64,000 nucleotides of DNA from the human T2T-CHM13v2.0 reference genome, Homo sapiens. The stretch covers positions 21,824,001 through 21,888,000 of the forward strand of contig CP086569.2 in assembly GCA_009914755.4 (NCBI GenBank). Direction: 5' to 3'. The notes beneath the pieces are model-generated. The model made no database searches and was not told where the DNA came from. It saw only the letters and a program-made list of their open reading frames with translations. Shown in pieces: positions 12,616 to 25,635 of the stretch (position 1 is its first letter; the number at the start of each line of letters is the position of its first letter). The position numbers and the translations under genes were made by a program.

Positions 12616-14204
12616 ATATGTTGCAGTCTCACCAATGTACTTTAATGTAGTAGTTTCTCATTGTCTGAACTAGTACCTGGGGTGTTTTGTCTTATGTTCA
12701 AGAAAATTAAGGAAAGGGATGGGAGCCTTTCCCATCCCTTGTGAGATGGGAGCCAAGGTTAATAACCGAAAGAAGAAATCTCTCCAGAGCAAAGAGAGGA
12801 GTCTGTGTGGATTGCTGGGTTACAGCTGAATTCACAAGCTTTATAAGAAACTTCTCCCATCTATGCAGCAGTTTGCATAATTTCTCTTATCAGTGAAGAT
12901 GTTTCTACAACTCCTTTTATCTTATGCAGTTTTGGGTATATCTCTAAGCAAGCACAAAGTGGTATCGTTTTTGTTTGTATAACTGTGGGTTTAAGTAAGT
13001 GCCTCACTTCCTGTGCAAGTTCCCACAAAGTGTATGCCTGATAAATGGAGAAAACTTTTTTCCTGTGAGCCTCCTAATTATAAAAAGAAGAAAGGACTTA
13101 TATGCTGGACCCTGTCTGCTTATCTCTGTGCAGGTGCAGCCTTAGCTTTTTTCCTTGGATGCTTTATTTTTACCTGTTGCTGTGACATTTCAGGAGACCT
13201 CTTCTGCAGCTTGAGTCTTCCCTAGCTGATTTTTCCATTTCTTCTCCCTGAGTTCTCAAACATAATGGTGGGGAGAGCTCGGTGGTGGTGACAGCACAGA
13301 AACAAGTGTCCGTGGAGATGGCACCAACAGCACTATGGAGTCTGCCTAGTCATGGCCTCAGGATTGGTGGTACCAGAGAGTGCTGACAGCTGCCCACCTA
13401 ATTGTAAACACTCTATGCTGCTGAGGAGCTATGTGGGCAACAAGATGGGCTTCTGAGGCCTGTGAAGAAAAGTGCAGGGCCTGCCCATGACCCACTCACC
13501 ACCCCTTCACCTTGGGGGTGCTGCAGAAAAAGTCCCGCTATGGGGCTACCAGAGGACTGCACTGTGGCATGATCAAGAGGTAAGCAGTGGGTGTCATGTG
13601 AGCACCTCCTGCCAGCCCCATGCTGTGTGCAGTCAGAGCTGGTGGGGAGCACAGTCCTGGGTGTGTTTTGGGAGGAGGAAAAGTGTTGTGGGTGCAGAAG
13701 GAGGTGTTCTAGTAAGGGAGCAGTGGGCAGGGCTTGTCTCCAGGTCAGGGTCAGAGTTTCATTGGTCTTCATGGGCTGCCAGAAACCCCAGCAGTGAGGC
13801 TGTCACCTCAACAGGTCCTTGCCATTCTCTGGAGAGCCTGCAGGTTCCATGACCTTCCTCCCACCCAGAGCTCCTGGTAGAAGCTGCTAAAGATCTGGCT
13901 GGGGTGAGGGGCTTCCTGGAGACACTGGGACCAGACTTTCACTTGCAGTCTCCAGTGGTACTTCTTCCTGAGGTGGGAGGAGGAGCTGGTGACAGGTACA
14001 CCTGGTCTGGTGTCTTTTTCAGTGCCTGCCATCCCTGTTTTATTCATGTGTACCAACGCTAAGTGTCCTATGAGATGTGGTATTTGTTGTGTATGCAGTA
14101 GCCCAAATAGTATATGATGTGTACTCAGATTCATATGCCACTGAGTGTAGAGGGATTCACATAAACAAGTTGGTGTTCCCAGGTATATATCAAAATGATT
14201 TCTG

Positions 14205-14700
14205 TTGAGAGGGGTTAAACAGGAGAGTAACATCACCTGGGTGTTGAGCCCAGCAATATGTCACAATATTTTCTTTGGGCATGTCTCAGGCAGCAGAAGA
14301 GATTCACATCAAATAGGTGTTGGACCCAGCAATATGTCACAATTCCCTTTGTGGGCAGAGCTCAGCAAAAGTGGAGAGTCACATTACCTTTTACTAAGCC
14401 CAGCAATATGTCACAAGTTCCCATGTGGATGGGGGCAAGAAATGAGAGTCACACAACATAGGTTTTGGGCCCAGATATATGTAACAATGCCCCCTGTGAA
14501 AAAAAACTCTGGCAGGACAGTGACAACACCTATGTTCTGTATCCAGCAATTTGTCAAGATCTTTTCTGTGGGCAGGGCACAGATGACAGAGAAAAGTCTT
14601 ATTGCCTAGGTTCTGCACACAATAATATTTTACAATTCCCTTGACTGCAGGGCTCAGGCAGAAAAGTCACATCACCTCAGTGCTTGGCCCATATATATCA
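14205..14700. repeat. Short array (about 7 monomers) of the ~72-76 bp beta-satellite-like tandem repeat
   Basis: Recurring monomers with the motifs agagtcacatcacctgggtg ... cccagcaatatgtcacaat ... ctgtgggcagggc. The period between successive caatatgtcacaat motifs counts as 74-76 bp. Motif order and content match my recollection of the beta-satellite (BSR/Beta, Sau3A 68-bp) consensus, but without the GATC site. Confidence 0.7.
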
Positions 14701-14959
14701 TAATGCCAATGAGAGTAGGGTTGTGTTGATGTGCAAATATGAGTCATCATCTCATCTACATTTTAGACACTTTTATGACACTTTCTGTACCATTATGCAG
14801 AATGTTATCTTCTGTGAAAACACAATATACAGAAATGTTATCTTCTGTGATGTAACACTTCTTCTGACTAACGCAGACCCTAACACTAGCCCTAACCTGT
14901 TGCGCAGATCCTAGCTATGATAGTCATCTTCTCTCCCATTGGAGAGAACAGAAGTAAAA

Positions 14960-17900
14960 TACACCTAAAGAAGAGCAACCTCAAGACATAATATCATCAG
15001 ATTGTTGAAGGTTGAAATGAAGGAAAAAATGTTGAGGGCAGCAAGAGAGAAAGATCAGGCTACATACAAATGGAAGCTCATCAGATTAACAGTGGATCTT
15101 TCTATAGAAACACTACAAGCCAGAACAGGGTGGGGGCAAACATTCAAAATTATTAAGGTAAATAATTTTCAAGTCAGAATTTCATATCCAACCAAACTGA
15201 GCTTCATAGATCAAGAAGAAATAAAATTCTTTCCAGACAAGCAAATGCTGAGGAATCTTGTCACCACCAGGCCTGCCTTAACAAGAGTAAGGAAGCATTA
15301 AATATGGAAAGGAAAAACTGGTACCAGTCACTGCAACAACACATTGAAATACAAAACCCAATGACACTAAAAAAACTTTTTCAACGAATGTGCAAAATAA
15401 CTAGCTAGCATCATGATGACAGAATCAAATTCACGTATAACAATATTAACTTAAATGGAAATGCCTAAATGTCCCAAATAAAAGACACAGACTGGAAAAT
15501 TGGATAAAGTGTCAAGATCTATTGGTGTGCTGTAATTAGGAGACCCATCTCACTTGGAAACACACACATAGGCTCAAAATAAAGGAATGGAGGAATATTT
15601 ACCAAGCAAATGGAAAGCAAAAAAGCAAGGATTGTAATTCTAGCCTCTGATAGAACACTTTAAACCAGCAAAGATTAAAAAAGACAAAGAAGAATGTTAC
15701 ATTATGGTAAAGGGATCAATGAAACAAGAAGAACTAACTACTCTAAATAGGTATTCACCCAATACTGGAGCACCAAAATTCATAAAACAAGTTCTTAGGA
15801 CCTTTGAAGGACAGACTTTCACAAAATAATGGTGGGAGAATTTAAAACCCCACAGTCAATATTAGATCAATGAGAAAGAAAATTCACAAGGATATTCAGG
15901 ACTTGAACTCAGCTCTGGACCAAGGGGACTTAACAGACATCTGCAGAATTTTCTGTCCCAAATCAACTGATATACATTCTTCTCAGCATCACAAAGCAAC
16001 TTTTCTAAAATTGACCAATTAATTGGAAGTAAAACACCCCTCAGCAAATACAAAACAATGGAAATCATAACAAAGAGTCTCTCAAACCACTTTGCAATCA
16101 ATTAGAACTCAGGATTAGGAAACTCACTTAAAACTGAAAAACTTCATGGACATTGAACAACCAACACCTGAGTGACTACCGGATAAACAATAAAATTAAG
16201 GCAGAAATGAAGAAGTTATTTGAACCCAATTAGGACGAAGAGACAATGAAGCAGAATCTGTTGAACACACCTGAAGGAGTGTTGAGAGATAAATTTATAG
16301 CAATAAATGCCCACATCAGAAAGCTGGAAAAATCTGAACTCAACACCCAAACATTGCAATTAAAAGAACTGGAGAAGCAAGAAAAATTCAAAACCTAGCA
16401 GAAGACATGAAATAACTAGGATTAGAGAGAACTGAAGCAGATAGAGACACAAAAATAGCCTTGAAAAAAATAAACCCAGGATATGTTTTTTTGAAAAGAC
16501 TAGCAAAATATATAGACCTCTAGCTAGAATAATAAAAAATAAAACAGAGAAGAATCAAATAGACACAATAAAAAATGAAAAAGTGGTTACAACAGAAATA
16601 CACATTACCATCAGCAAATACTGTGGAGACCGTATTCAAATAAACTAGAAAATCTGGAAGAAATGGGTAAATTCTTAGACACATACAGCCTGTCAAGACT
16701 AATTCAGAAAGAAGTTGAGTCCCTGAATAGATCAATAACAGGTTCTGTAACTGAGGTAGTAATTAGTAGACTACTGACCAAAAAAAAAAAAAAAAAAAAA
16801 AAAGTCCAGGACCAGGCAGATTGACAGCTGAATTCTATCAGAGGTACAAAGAGGAGCTGGTACCATTCCTTCTGAAACAATTGTGAACAATAGAAAACAA
16901 AGGGACTCCTCCATAACTCATTTTATGAGGTCAGCATCATCCAGTTACCAAAACCTGGCAGAAACAAAACAACAAAAAAGAAAATTTCAGAACAATATCC
17001 ATGATAAATATCGATACAAAAATTCTCAATAAAATGCTGAAAAACTCAATCCAGTATCACATCATAAAGCTTATCCACCATGATCAAGTTTACTTTATTT
17101 CTGGGATGCAAGGCTTGTTTGACATATGCAAATCAATAAATATTATCAATCACATAAAGAGAACCAATGGCAAAAATCACGAATATCACATGATTATCTC
17201 AATAGATGAAGGCCTTTGATAAAATTCAACACCCCTTCATGCTAAAAACTCTCAATAAACCAGGTGTTGATGAAACATATCTCAAAATAATAAGAGCTAT
17301 TTATGACAAACCCATAGCCAGTATTATACTGAATGTACAAAGTCTAGAAAATTTTTCTTTGAAAACCAGCACAAGATAAGCGTGCTCTCTCTCACCACTC
17401 TTATTCAGCATAGTGTTGGAAGCTCTGGCCATGGCAATTAGCAAAGAGACTGAAATAAAGGATATCCAAGTAGGAATATAGGAAGTCAAATTGTCTGTTT
17501 GTGGATGACACAATTGCATATTTAGAAAACCCCGTCGACTCAGCTGAAAAATTCCTTAGGCTTATAAACAATTCAGCAAAGCCTTGGGGTACAAAATCAA
17601 TGTTAAAAAATCACACACATTTCAATACACCTATGATAGACAAGCAGAGAAACAAACCATCAAAGAACTACCATTCACAATTGCTACAAAGATAATAAAA
17701 TACCTAGAAATACAACTTACAAGGGAAGTGAAGGACCTCTTCAAGGAGAACTGCAAACCACTGTTCAAGGAAAGTTAAGAGAGGACACAAACAAATAAAA
17801 AATATTCATGTTCATGGATAGGAAGAATGAATATCATGAAAATAGCCATAGTGCCCAAAGTAATTGACAGATTCAATGCTTTCTCATTAAGTTACCAGTG

Positions 17901-18366
17901 GCTTTCTTTGCAGAATTTGAAAAAAAAATTACTTTAAATTATATATAGAACCAAAAAATAGCTCATATAGACAAGAAAATACTCAGCAAAGAGAACAAAA
18001 CTTGAGGCATCATGCTACCTCCCTTCAACCTCAACTACAAGATACAGTAACCAAAACAGAATGGTACTGGCACCATGAAAGGGAACAGAGGCCTTAGAAA
18101 TAACAACACACACCTACAAACCAACTGATCTTCAACAAACCTGACAAAAAACAGCAAGGGAAAAAGAATTTCCTATTTAAAAAATGATGCTGGGAAAACT
18201 GAGTAGCCATATGCAGAAAACTGAAATTGGACTGCTTCCCTCACTTTATACAAAAATTAACTCAAGATAGATTAAAGAGTTAAATGTAAAACCAAAAGCC
18301 ATAAAAATTCTAGAATAAAACCTAGGCAATACCAGTCAAGACAAAGGCATGGGCAAAGACTTTATG
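14960..18366 (+). mobile_element. Older primate L1, 5'-truncated in ORF1: ORF1 C-terminus plus about 80% of ORF2, then interrupted by a nested ERV
   Basis: ORF 15002..15301 (+) reads MLKVEMKEKMLRAAREKDQATYKWKLIRLTVDLSIETLQARTGW..., which is the L1 ORF1p C-terminus. The stretch 15430-15520 encodes the ORF2 N-terminus (ILTLNINGLNAPIKRHRLANWIKSQDPSVCCIQETH-like). The ORF2 frame continues to GKDFM at 18352-18366, where the ERV 5' LTR begins. Many stops and frameshifts. Confidence 0.85.
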
Positions 18367-18826
18367 TGTGGGAGTTCAGGGAGGATGATGGGGAAAATTG
18401 TGAGCCACATACCTTCTTGGGAAACACGAAGATTTTTGAAAAAGTCTCAGGATAAAGTCATGGCTGAAGGCAACTTAACTCTCACCTTGAGTAAAAGTTT
18501 AAAGTGGATACAAAGAAAGGTAGAATAGTTGACCTAACTATCCTGTTTACTCATGTGGTCCTAAGACTAAACTTTGATCTATGATGGGTGTTTAATTGCT
18601 TTCTACTCGGGAAGTTCACAATGTCAATTACCCTCTAGTGTTGTTTGCTCATGACATTTGTCAATTAATCTTTACTGAATAAATGCAAGTTTCACTGACA
18701 GATTGATGCCACAGCTGCAACTAAGTGGCCCAGGTGCTCAGCTGGACTTGCAAAGCAGAATATCTGTATGTCAGCGTACATTATTCATCCATTGTTGTGT
18801 CAGGGTCTGCAAGACAGGCCCCTGCA
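18367..18826 (+). repeat. 5' LTR of the HERV-K-like provirus
   Basis: Starts tgtgggagttcagggaggatgatggggaaaattgtgagccaca, carries an AATAAA signal (ctttactgaataaatgcaa near 18675), and ends gacaggcccctgca. It is collinear with 25630-26087. Confidence 0.85.
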
Positions 18827-18879
18827 GTTGGTACCCTCATGTGAGGAATGCTGCAAAGGAAGCATGACAGACCCCTAAA

Positions 18880-20400
18880 AATGAAGTTGAAAAAGGAACT
18901 GCATGGTCAGTGAGCAATCAGTAAGTCATTTGTGCCCACTTGGGATTTTCAAGTTTTGGGGGGATTGGTCAGGCTAAGGTTTCATCATGGGAAAATAGTT
19001 ATCAGCTCAACAGAAAAAGTATGTAAAAGTGTTGAAACAGTTGCTTAAGGCTAGCAGAGCATCAGTTTCACAGGCTCAATTAAGGGACCTAATGCAGACT
19101 GTTATCTCACATAATCCAGGGTTCCTAGAAAAAAAGAATGCTAGATGTAGAACCCTGGGAACAAGTATGGAGAAATCTTAAACAATATTATGCATAAGGG
19201 CAATGGGTCCCAACATCATTGTTACACATGTGCTTTAGTACAGATGGCATAGTCCAATTATACACAGAACAGCCTAAAAAGGGGAAGGAGGAAGAAGCAC
19301 CACCTGCTTTACTGACTTTTCCTTCAACCCCAATATCACCAGGCCAAAATAACAAAGAGGAAATTAAGGTTTTATCTGAGTGCCACCTCCAATAAGTACA
19401 AAAAAAAACAAGAAATATATCCCAGCTATAGGACTTTTTCTTAGCTGCATTAGAAAGGGAGGTCTTAGCCTGCCCAATAAAGTAAGACTGATGTAGCAAT
19501 CAGGTACATGAACCAATTTCCTTTAATGCTTATAAAGAGCTAATAAAAAGCATTAAAGAAAATGGAGCCACTAGCCCATTTATGAAACAAATTATTGAGG
19601 CATTGGCAGACCACTTCCATATGACCCCACGGGCCTGGTTAATGCTGGCTAAAACAACTCTGGAGCCTAGTCAATACCTCCTCTGGAGGGCAGAATACTA
19701 CAAGTTGTGCAAACAACAAGCCAACCAGAATCAGACAGTAAGGCAAAATATAACAGCTGATATGCTCTGGGGGGAGCTGGGGTCCTCATTCCAGTGAACA
19801 ACAACAACAAAATTTTGATCCCCAGGCCTATGCTCATGTCTCTGTGTGTGCTCTTAGGGCTTGGGACTGAATTCCCAAAAACAGAGTTCAGCAGGGATCT
19901 TTTGTAAATGTTCAGCAAGGGCCTCAGGAGCCATTTGTTGAGTTTATCAATCTGTTAACCCAGAGAATTAAGAGACAAATTAGTCATGTCCAGGCTGCTG
20001 ATATCTTACTGTTGCAACTGGCTTTTGGAAATGCTAATGTGGATTGACAGGAGGCAATGCAGGCAATCAGAGGAAAGGCAACCACAGTCAGGGAGCTAAT
20101 ATGAGCATGTCAGCTGGTAAGAACTGAAACACACAAGGCCAAAATACTGGCTATGGCATTAAGGCCTCCTAAAGTAAAAAGGGAGAGAAGCCAAAATTGT
20201 TTTCTATGAAGAGAGCTGGGGCATATGAAGAGATAAGGCCTGATAGCAGAGATCAAGTTAACTCAGGGAAAGAATCCCCTTCTATACAATCCTAGTGTAA
20301 GAAGGGGAAGCACTGGGCAAATGCAGGTCTAAATTTGATAAAAACGGCAACCCCATAAGAAAGCAGTTGGGAAACTTCATAAGGGGCTAGCCCCAGGCCC
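18880..20400 (+). pseudogene. gag pseudogene (CA and NC recognisable)
   Basis: ORF 19582..19797 (MKQIIEALADHFHMTPRAWLMLAKTTLEPSQYLLWRAEYYKLCKQQANQNQTVRQNITADMLWGELG) is capsid-like. Zinc-knuckle remnants lie near 20203-20245 (NCFL*RELGHMKR, from CFLCK.AGHMKRDC) and 20288-20345 (CKKGKHWANAGLNLIKTATP, compare HERV-K CKKGKHWASQCRSKFDKNG). Confidence 0.7.
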
Positions 20401-21150
20401 CACTTCCAAATGGGGCAATTCCAGCAGCTTCCCTTGGTCATATTGAAATCTCAGTCCTCTCTCTTAGAGCAGCTACCACTGGAAGCACAGGACTGGATTT
20501 ACTTTGTCCCAGTGGATTAGTGCTAAAAGAGGGGGAAGACCCTAAAAGTATTGGGACTGGGATCTGTGTCCCACTGCCACCAGGAACAATATTAGCCCTG
20601 TGTCAGTCTAGCTTATCCAGTAAAGGAATTAATGTGCTCACTGGGGTAATTAATAGTGATTATCAGGGTGAAATATTGGTTAGATGGAATGTAAATATCT
20701 GCATATTCTTTCCCCTGGATCCAAGATAGCTCAGTTAATGATTTTTACCATACTGGGTCCCCAGTGCCCATGAAAAAGAAAGAGGAAAGGGAAGTTTTGG
20801 AAGCATAGGAGCCACAGAAGATATTGGAATTAATTAATCATTGATCAGAGACCCATGATTACCTTAAAAACTGGAAATAAGAATTTTACTGTCTTATTGG
20901 ACACAGGGGTGGACAATTTAGTCATTAGTGATTAGAACTCACCAGAAACTTGGTCTTGGGTCACTCAGAAACAGAAAATTGTCATCACTGGGGAAACACA
21001 CACAGCCAAGCAGAGCACACACACCCTAACATGCTGTGATTCTGAGGGAAGAAAGGCAGTTATATAACCTTTAATCATGCCCATCCCTGTTAATCTTTGA
21101 GATGGGATGTGTTAGCCCAATGGGAAGTCAATCTGCAGACCCCTTTCTAA
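20400..21150 (+). pseudogene. pro pseudogene: dUTPase plus aspartic protease
   Basis: ORF 20520..20729 encodes LKEGEDPKSIGTGICVPLPPGTILALCQSSLSSKGINVLTGVINSDYQGEILV. GVINSDYQGEI is dUTPase motif 3, and the upstream sequence encodes TGSTGLDL-like motif 1. Near 20885-20910 ttattggacacaggggtggacaattta encodes LLDTGVDN, the retroviral protease active site. Confidence 0.75.
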
Positions 21151-23500
21151 CAAAGGCAACTGTTGTTATTTCTCCCCCATCCCTGATGTGGCTTTCTCAA
21201 GATCTAATTTGGGTAGAACAGTGGCTTCTGAAGGGGGAGAAATTACTGAAGGCTCATGCCTTAGTTGAAGAACAATGAAGGCTGGCCATGTGGAATTATC
21301 TCACAGCTCCTGGAATTTGCCCATTTTCATCATTTACAAAAAGTCTGGGAAATGGAGACTTTTGCATGACTTACATGCTATTAATGCTAATTTACAGCCT
21401 ATGGTACCCCTTCAACACGGCTTCCCCTCCCCCACAGCAATTTCTTAAGATTGACCTATAATTGTTATTGACTTAAAAGATTGTTTTATACAATTTCCCT
21501 AACAGAAAATGACACAGAAAAATTTACATTTACAATACCAGCTATCAGTAATGAAAAGCTATATTGTCAATTTCATTGATTAGTGCTTCCTGAAGGAATG
21601 CTAAACAGTCTTAACATATGTCACTATCATGTAAATCAAGCTTTGGTCCCTGGTAGAAAAGCATTTCCTGATTGCAAGATTATTCATTTTATGGATGATA
21701 CTCTACTAGCATCCCCAGATGGAGCCAATAATTTCAAATTTGTATTCCTCTGTTGTACAGAACACACAGCTAAGAGGTTTAAACATTGTGCCTGAGAAAG
21801 TACAGATGTTTTTTTCTTTGAAATCTCTTGAGTATGTACTAACTTCCTGGTCAATAACAATTCAGAAGTTCAAATTAAATGCTAATAACCAAACACTAAC
21901 AACTTACACACATTTAATGATTATCAAAAATTACTGGGAGTCATTAATTGGCCCTGCACCACTTTGGGGATTTCTACTGATAAATTACAAAACCTGTTTT
22001 CTATCTTAAAGGGCATTCCAGCCCTAGATTCTCCCAGATATTTAACCCCTACAGCAAAAAGAGAAGTCGAGGAAATAGAACTAGCCATCTCTCAGAGGTA
22101 GCTAGATCACATAGGCCAAGGCTTTTAGTTTCAGTTGTTTATCTTTCCCATGAAACATTCCCCTACAGAGTTAATAGGACAAATGGCCCCTAAGCTACAC
22201 TTTCTAGAATGGAATTTTGCTCATGTACTGAGACTAAAACACTATCTCCTTATATTCAGTTAATTACTAAAGTCATTTATTCAGGCTAGAAATGATGTAA
22301 TCAGTTGCTGTGTTGTAATCCTCATGTCACCAGAATTCCTTTAAGTAAAAAGCAATTCTAAACATTATTGTCCTTATTGATAGATCTTCAAATAGGCTTC
22401 TCTGATTACATATGACAAATAGAGCACATGCTTCCTGCTGATAGACCCCTTCATTTCTTATCTCATATGCTGGTAATTTTGTCCACAAAAATACTTCACT
22501 CCCCTCTATCTAATGATTTAACATTGTTCACTGGTGGGTCTGGAAAACACAGAAAAGCAGCAGTCTGGTGGAGAACACACAATTCAGTCACTTGATCTGG
22601 GTTTAATAGAATTCAGACAGCTGAGATTGGGGCTCTGATACTAGCCTTGGAAACTTTTTTCACTCAGTTTATAAATATTGTCAGTCTGCATATTCATCCA
22701 ATTAGAGCAATACTCTATTTATTTATTGCACAACATTGAGACAGCCCTAATTAAGTCCACTCAGGAGCCAGCCCTGTGTGCTCTTTTTCTCCAACTTCAG
22801 CATTTGCTAAATCAATGTACATATTCTATTTTTATTACACATATTCAAGCCCACAGCTCACTGCCTGGACTTTTGGCTTATGGCATTAATCAAGCAGACT
22901 TTGAAGTTATGACAAGACTACTTGACCAAGCCACCCAATCACATCAATTTTTCCACCCAAACTGAAGAAACTTATCTAAGCAATTTCAACATACCCAAGA
23001 CTAGCTATGCAAATTATCCTGCAATGCCCAGATTGCCAGCTCACAGGCGTTCCTCTCCTTCAATAGATGTTAACACTAGAGGACTAGAACCTAATCATTT
23101 ATGGCAAACAAATGTTATACACATCCCTGAATTTGGAAAACATGTATCCAATGATACTAACACTCATTTAATTAGTGCACATACTCTGCCTGGAGATTCA
23201 ACTTGATATATCATTAAACATCTTCATTTAACTTTTAAATTTATGGGACGACCCACAATAATTAAGACTGATAATGGTCCAGCTTATGCCAGCTCACAAT
23301 TTCAAGAACTTTTTTACATGTGAAGCATCCAACATTCCACACATATCTCATATAACCTCCAAGGACAAGCAATAGTAGAATGTGCCCACTCCATCCTTAA
23401 AAATATGCTCAAAAAACAAACATGGGGAGTATGGGTAAAGACCCTGCAACACAATTGGCAGAAGTCTTATTTACTCTTATTTTTTTTAATTTAGATGACA
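21150..23500 (+). pseudogene. pol pseudogene (RT, RNase H, integrase)
   Basis: ORF 21583..21795 encodes LPEGMLNSLNICHYHVNQALVPGRKAFPDCKIIHFMDDTLLA; the RT active site F/YMDD lies at 21678-21689. Near 23230-23300 the sequence encodes GRPTIIKTDNGPAYASSQFQEL, which is an integrase core motif (HERV-K has KIKTDNGPGYCSKAFQKFL). Confidence 0.75.
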
Positions 23501-23549
23501 AATTTCAATCAGCTGTAGAAAAGCATTTTGTTAAAACCTCTTAAGGCAT

Positions 23550-25635
23550 AAAACCTGCAATTTTATGGAAAGATGTAAATAGTAATGAATGGTGTGGTCC
23601 AGGTAAATTACTAACATGGAGAAGAGGGTATGCTTGTGTCCACACCCTCTCGGTCCTCTTTGGATTCCAGCATGGCACATCACCTCATACCATGGCATGG
23701 CTAGGACCCCACCTGGTACCAGGGCTGAAGGAGCTAACCCTGCAATACCCATAGCCCCAAGCAATGTGGCTTCCATGGATGACACAAGCGCCAGGTATTA
23801 CCTAGGGGATGCTGAAGAGCACAACTCAAGAGGCTGAAATAATCCTTCTCTGGACACACACACCATTAACTCCAGATAAGTTATTTCTTTCTATGCTTTC
23901 TGTTGTACACTGCAACTCACATATGGTATTAATCCTTTTTATACTCTCACTTTCTCCGCAAACTGTTCCTGCTACACTCTATTGGGCTTGTATTTTAGAC
24001 TGGCTTTTCTTTTGCCCTGTCACCCAGGCAGACACTCCCTTCCCAGCCTATAATAATGTGACTGCTTGGCTAGGAGGGATAGAATTTATCCCCAGTGGGG
24101 TCTGTCAATAATTGCACAGATTGGAATAAGGTGCTAGATAATGCTACATATCACTCCACTATTCTACCACTGACTGTAAGTTACAAAGGCTCTAAGCCTT
24201 ACTATTTACCTTCACAAAAACAAGTATGACTACATCATGGCAAAGGAAACTTTGCCTTAACATTCTTAGCTGTAGGTAGCCTCAAACTGGGCAATGCAAG
24301 CAATGTCACCTTCTCAAATATTCTTTCCTGTGCTAAAGAACAATGCCGGGAAAATAATGGATTTCACTTTTGCTAAGAAGTCTGTTATAGGAAAAAGGCC
24401 CATAGCCTCTAGTTAGGCTATTATAACATCTTAGACTGGAGCCCCCACAGCCGATTTCAGGGCAGCCTTACTAATGTCTTTGTCCATCATGGCATCATTC
24501 AGTTTCATAGCCACACTCCATTCCCCTATGATTTGGGCCTGTATGGGGATGGGATATCCCAGACCTCAAGTAAAGTCCATGCCACCCCAAGGCAACTTAT
24601 GACTGCTGGGACATCCTAGCAACTCCCTTAACACCTCTCATGAGACATGTCATAATTCCAGTCACAACTGGAATTATTCATAATCACACTAATCAGTGCC
24701 TGATTTGCATTATAAATCCATATGTTTTTCTTATGGCAACTAACATTTCCATTACACCCCAAAACTCCCCAGGTGACCCAGGTTTAGAGACAGGCTTGAT
24801 TTCCCTCATGTATCACTAATCACAATATATCTAATTTAAAAATTACTAGTGTCATGGTACTAAGGAGATAATCTGAGGCATTTCTACCAGTCAATCTGTT
24901 CTTCTGCCCTTGACACCTTAGAACATTCTCTGTCACAGGTCAGACACAAAAGATTCATAGTTACACTTATGGCCTTTATAGTCTCAGCCATAGTCATCCT
25001 GTCAACTGCTAGCTTTGCTGTTGCATCTATTACTGAGTCAGAACAAACAGCTGCCTTTGTAGATAATGTGGCCAAAAATGTGTCTAATAAACTTCTTTTA
25101 CAACAAGGTATAGATCAAAAATTTATTTCATACCTACAAGCCCTCAAGACTGCTTTAGAATATGTAGGTCAATGACAAGATGCATTGGAATTCTGACAGC
25201 AATTAAACTGTGACTGGGAACGTAAACATATCTGCATCACTTCTCTAGCATGGAGTCTGTCAATAAATAATTGATATGAGGTAAAACAACACCTTTAGGG
25301 AAGCTTTTATGACAATTTAATAGCAGACGTAAAGCAACTTATACATTTTAGAATCCCTTCACACCGTAGACCTATACATTCAACAAACAGCCATATGGAA
25401 TGGTGTGCAAGATCATTTCTCCTGATTAGAACCCCCACCGTTGGGGGTCACTCTTTGACTGGAAAAGAATGTGGCTAATTGTATTCATGATTATTTTATG
25501 TTATTTGCTAATACTAGGATGCAAAGCTGGAATAAGAGCAATGACTGCCACAACTAACAGATTAGTTGCTGCACACATCTGCATTCTCCAATCCAAAAGA
25601 TCTGATGCAGAAAAAAATAAAGGGGGAAATGTGGG
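23550..25635 (+). pseudogene. env pseudogene (SU/TM), with its C-terminus overlapping the polypurine tract
   Basis: ORF 24969..25175 (MAFIVSAIVILSTASFAVASITESEQTAAFVDNVAKNVSNKLLLQQGIDQKFISYLQALKTALEYVGQ) looks like a TM fusion-peptide/heptad region. ORF 25469..25666 ends ...SKRSDAEKNKGGNVGAQSEWW. Confidence 0.65.
25612..25629 (+). promoter_or_regulatory. Polypurine tract (plus-strand primer site) immediately 5' of the 3' LTR
   Basis: The run aaaaaaataaagggggaaa directly abuts the 3' LTR start tgtggggg. Confidence 0.7.

Noticed and set aside
14877-14900. A telomeric or TAR1 repeat
   Set aside because: There are only two CCCTAA hexamers separated by 6 bp, which is too short to call an interstitial telomeric repeat.
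18827-18850. Assigning the provirus primer-binding site to a specific tRNA (gttggtaccctcatgtgagg after the 5' LTR)
   Set aside because: I cannot match it confidently to a tRNA 3' end from memory. It needs alignment to tRNA sequences.
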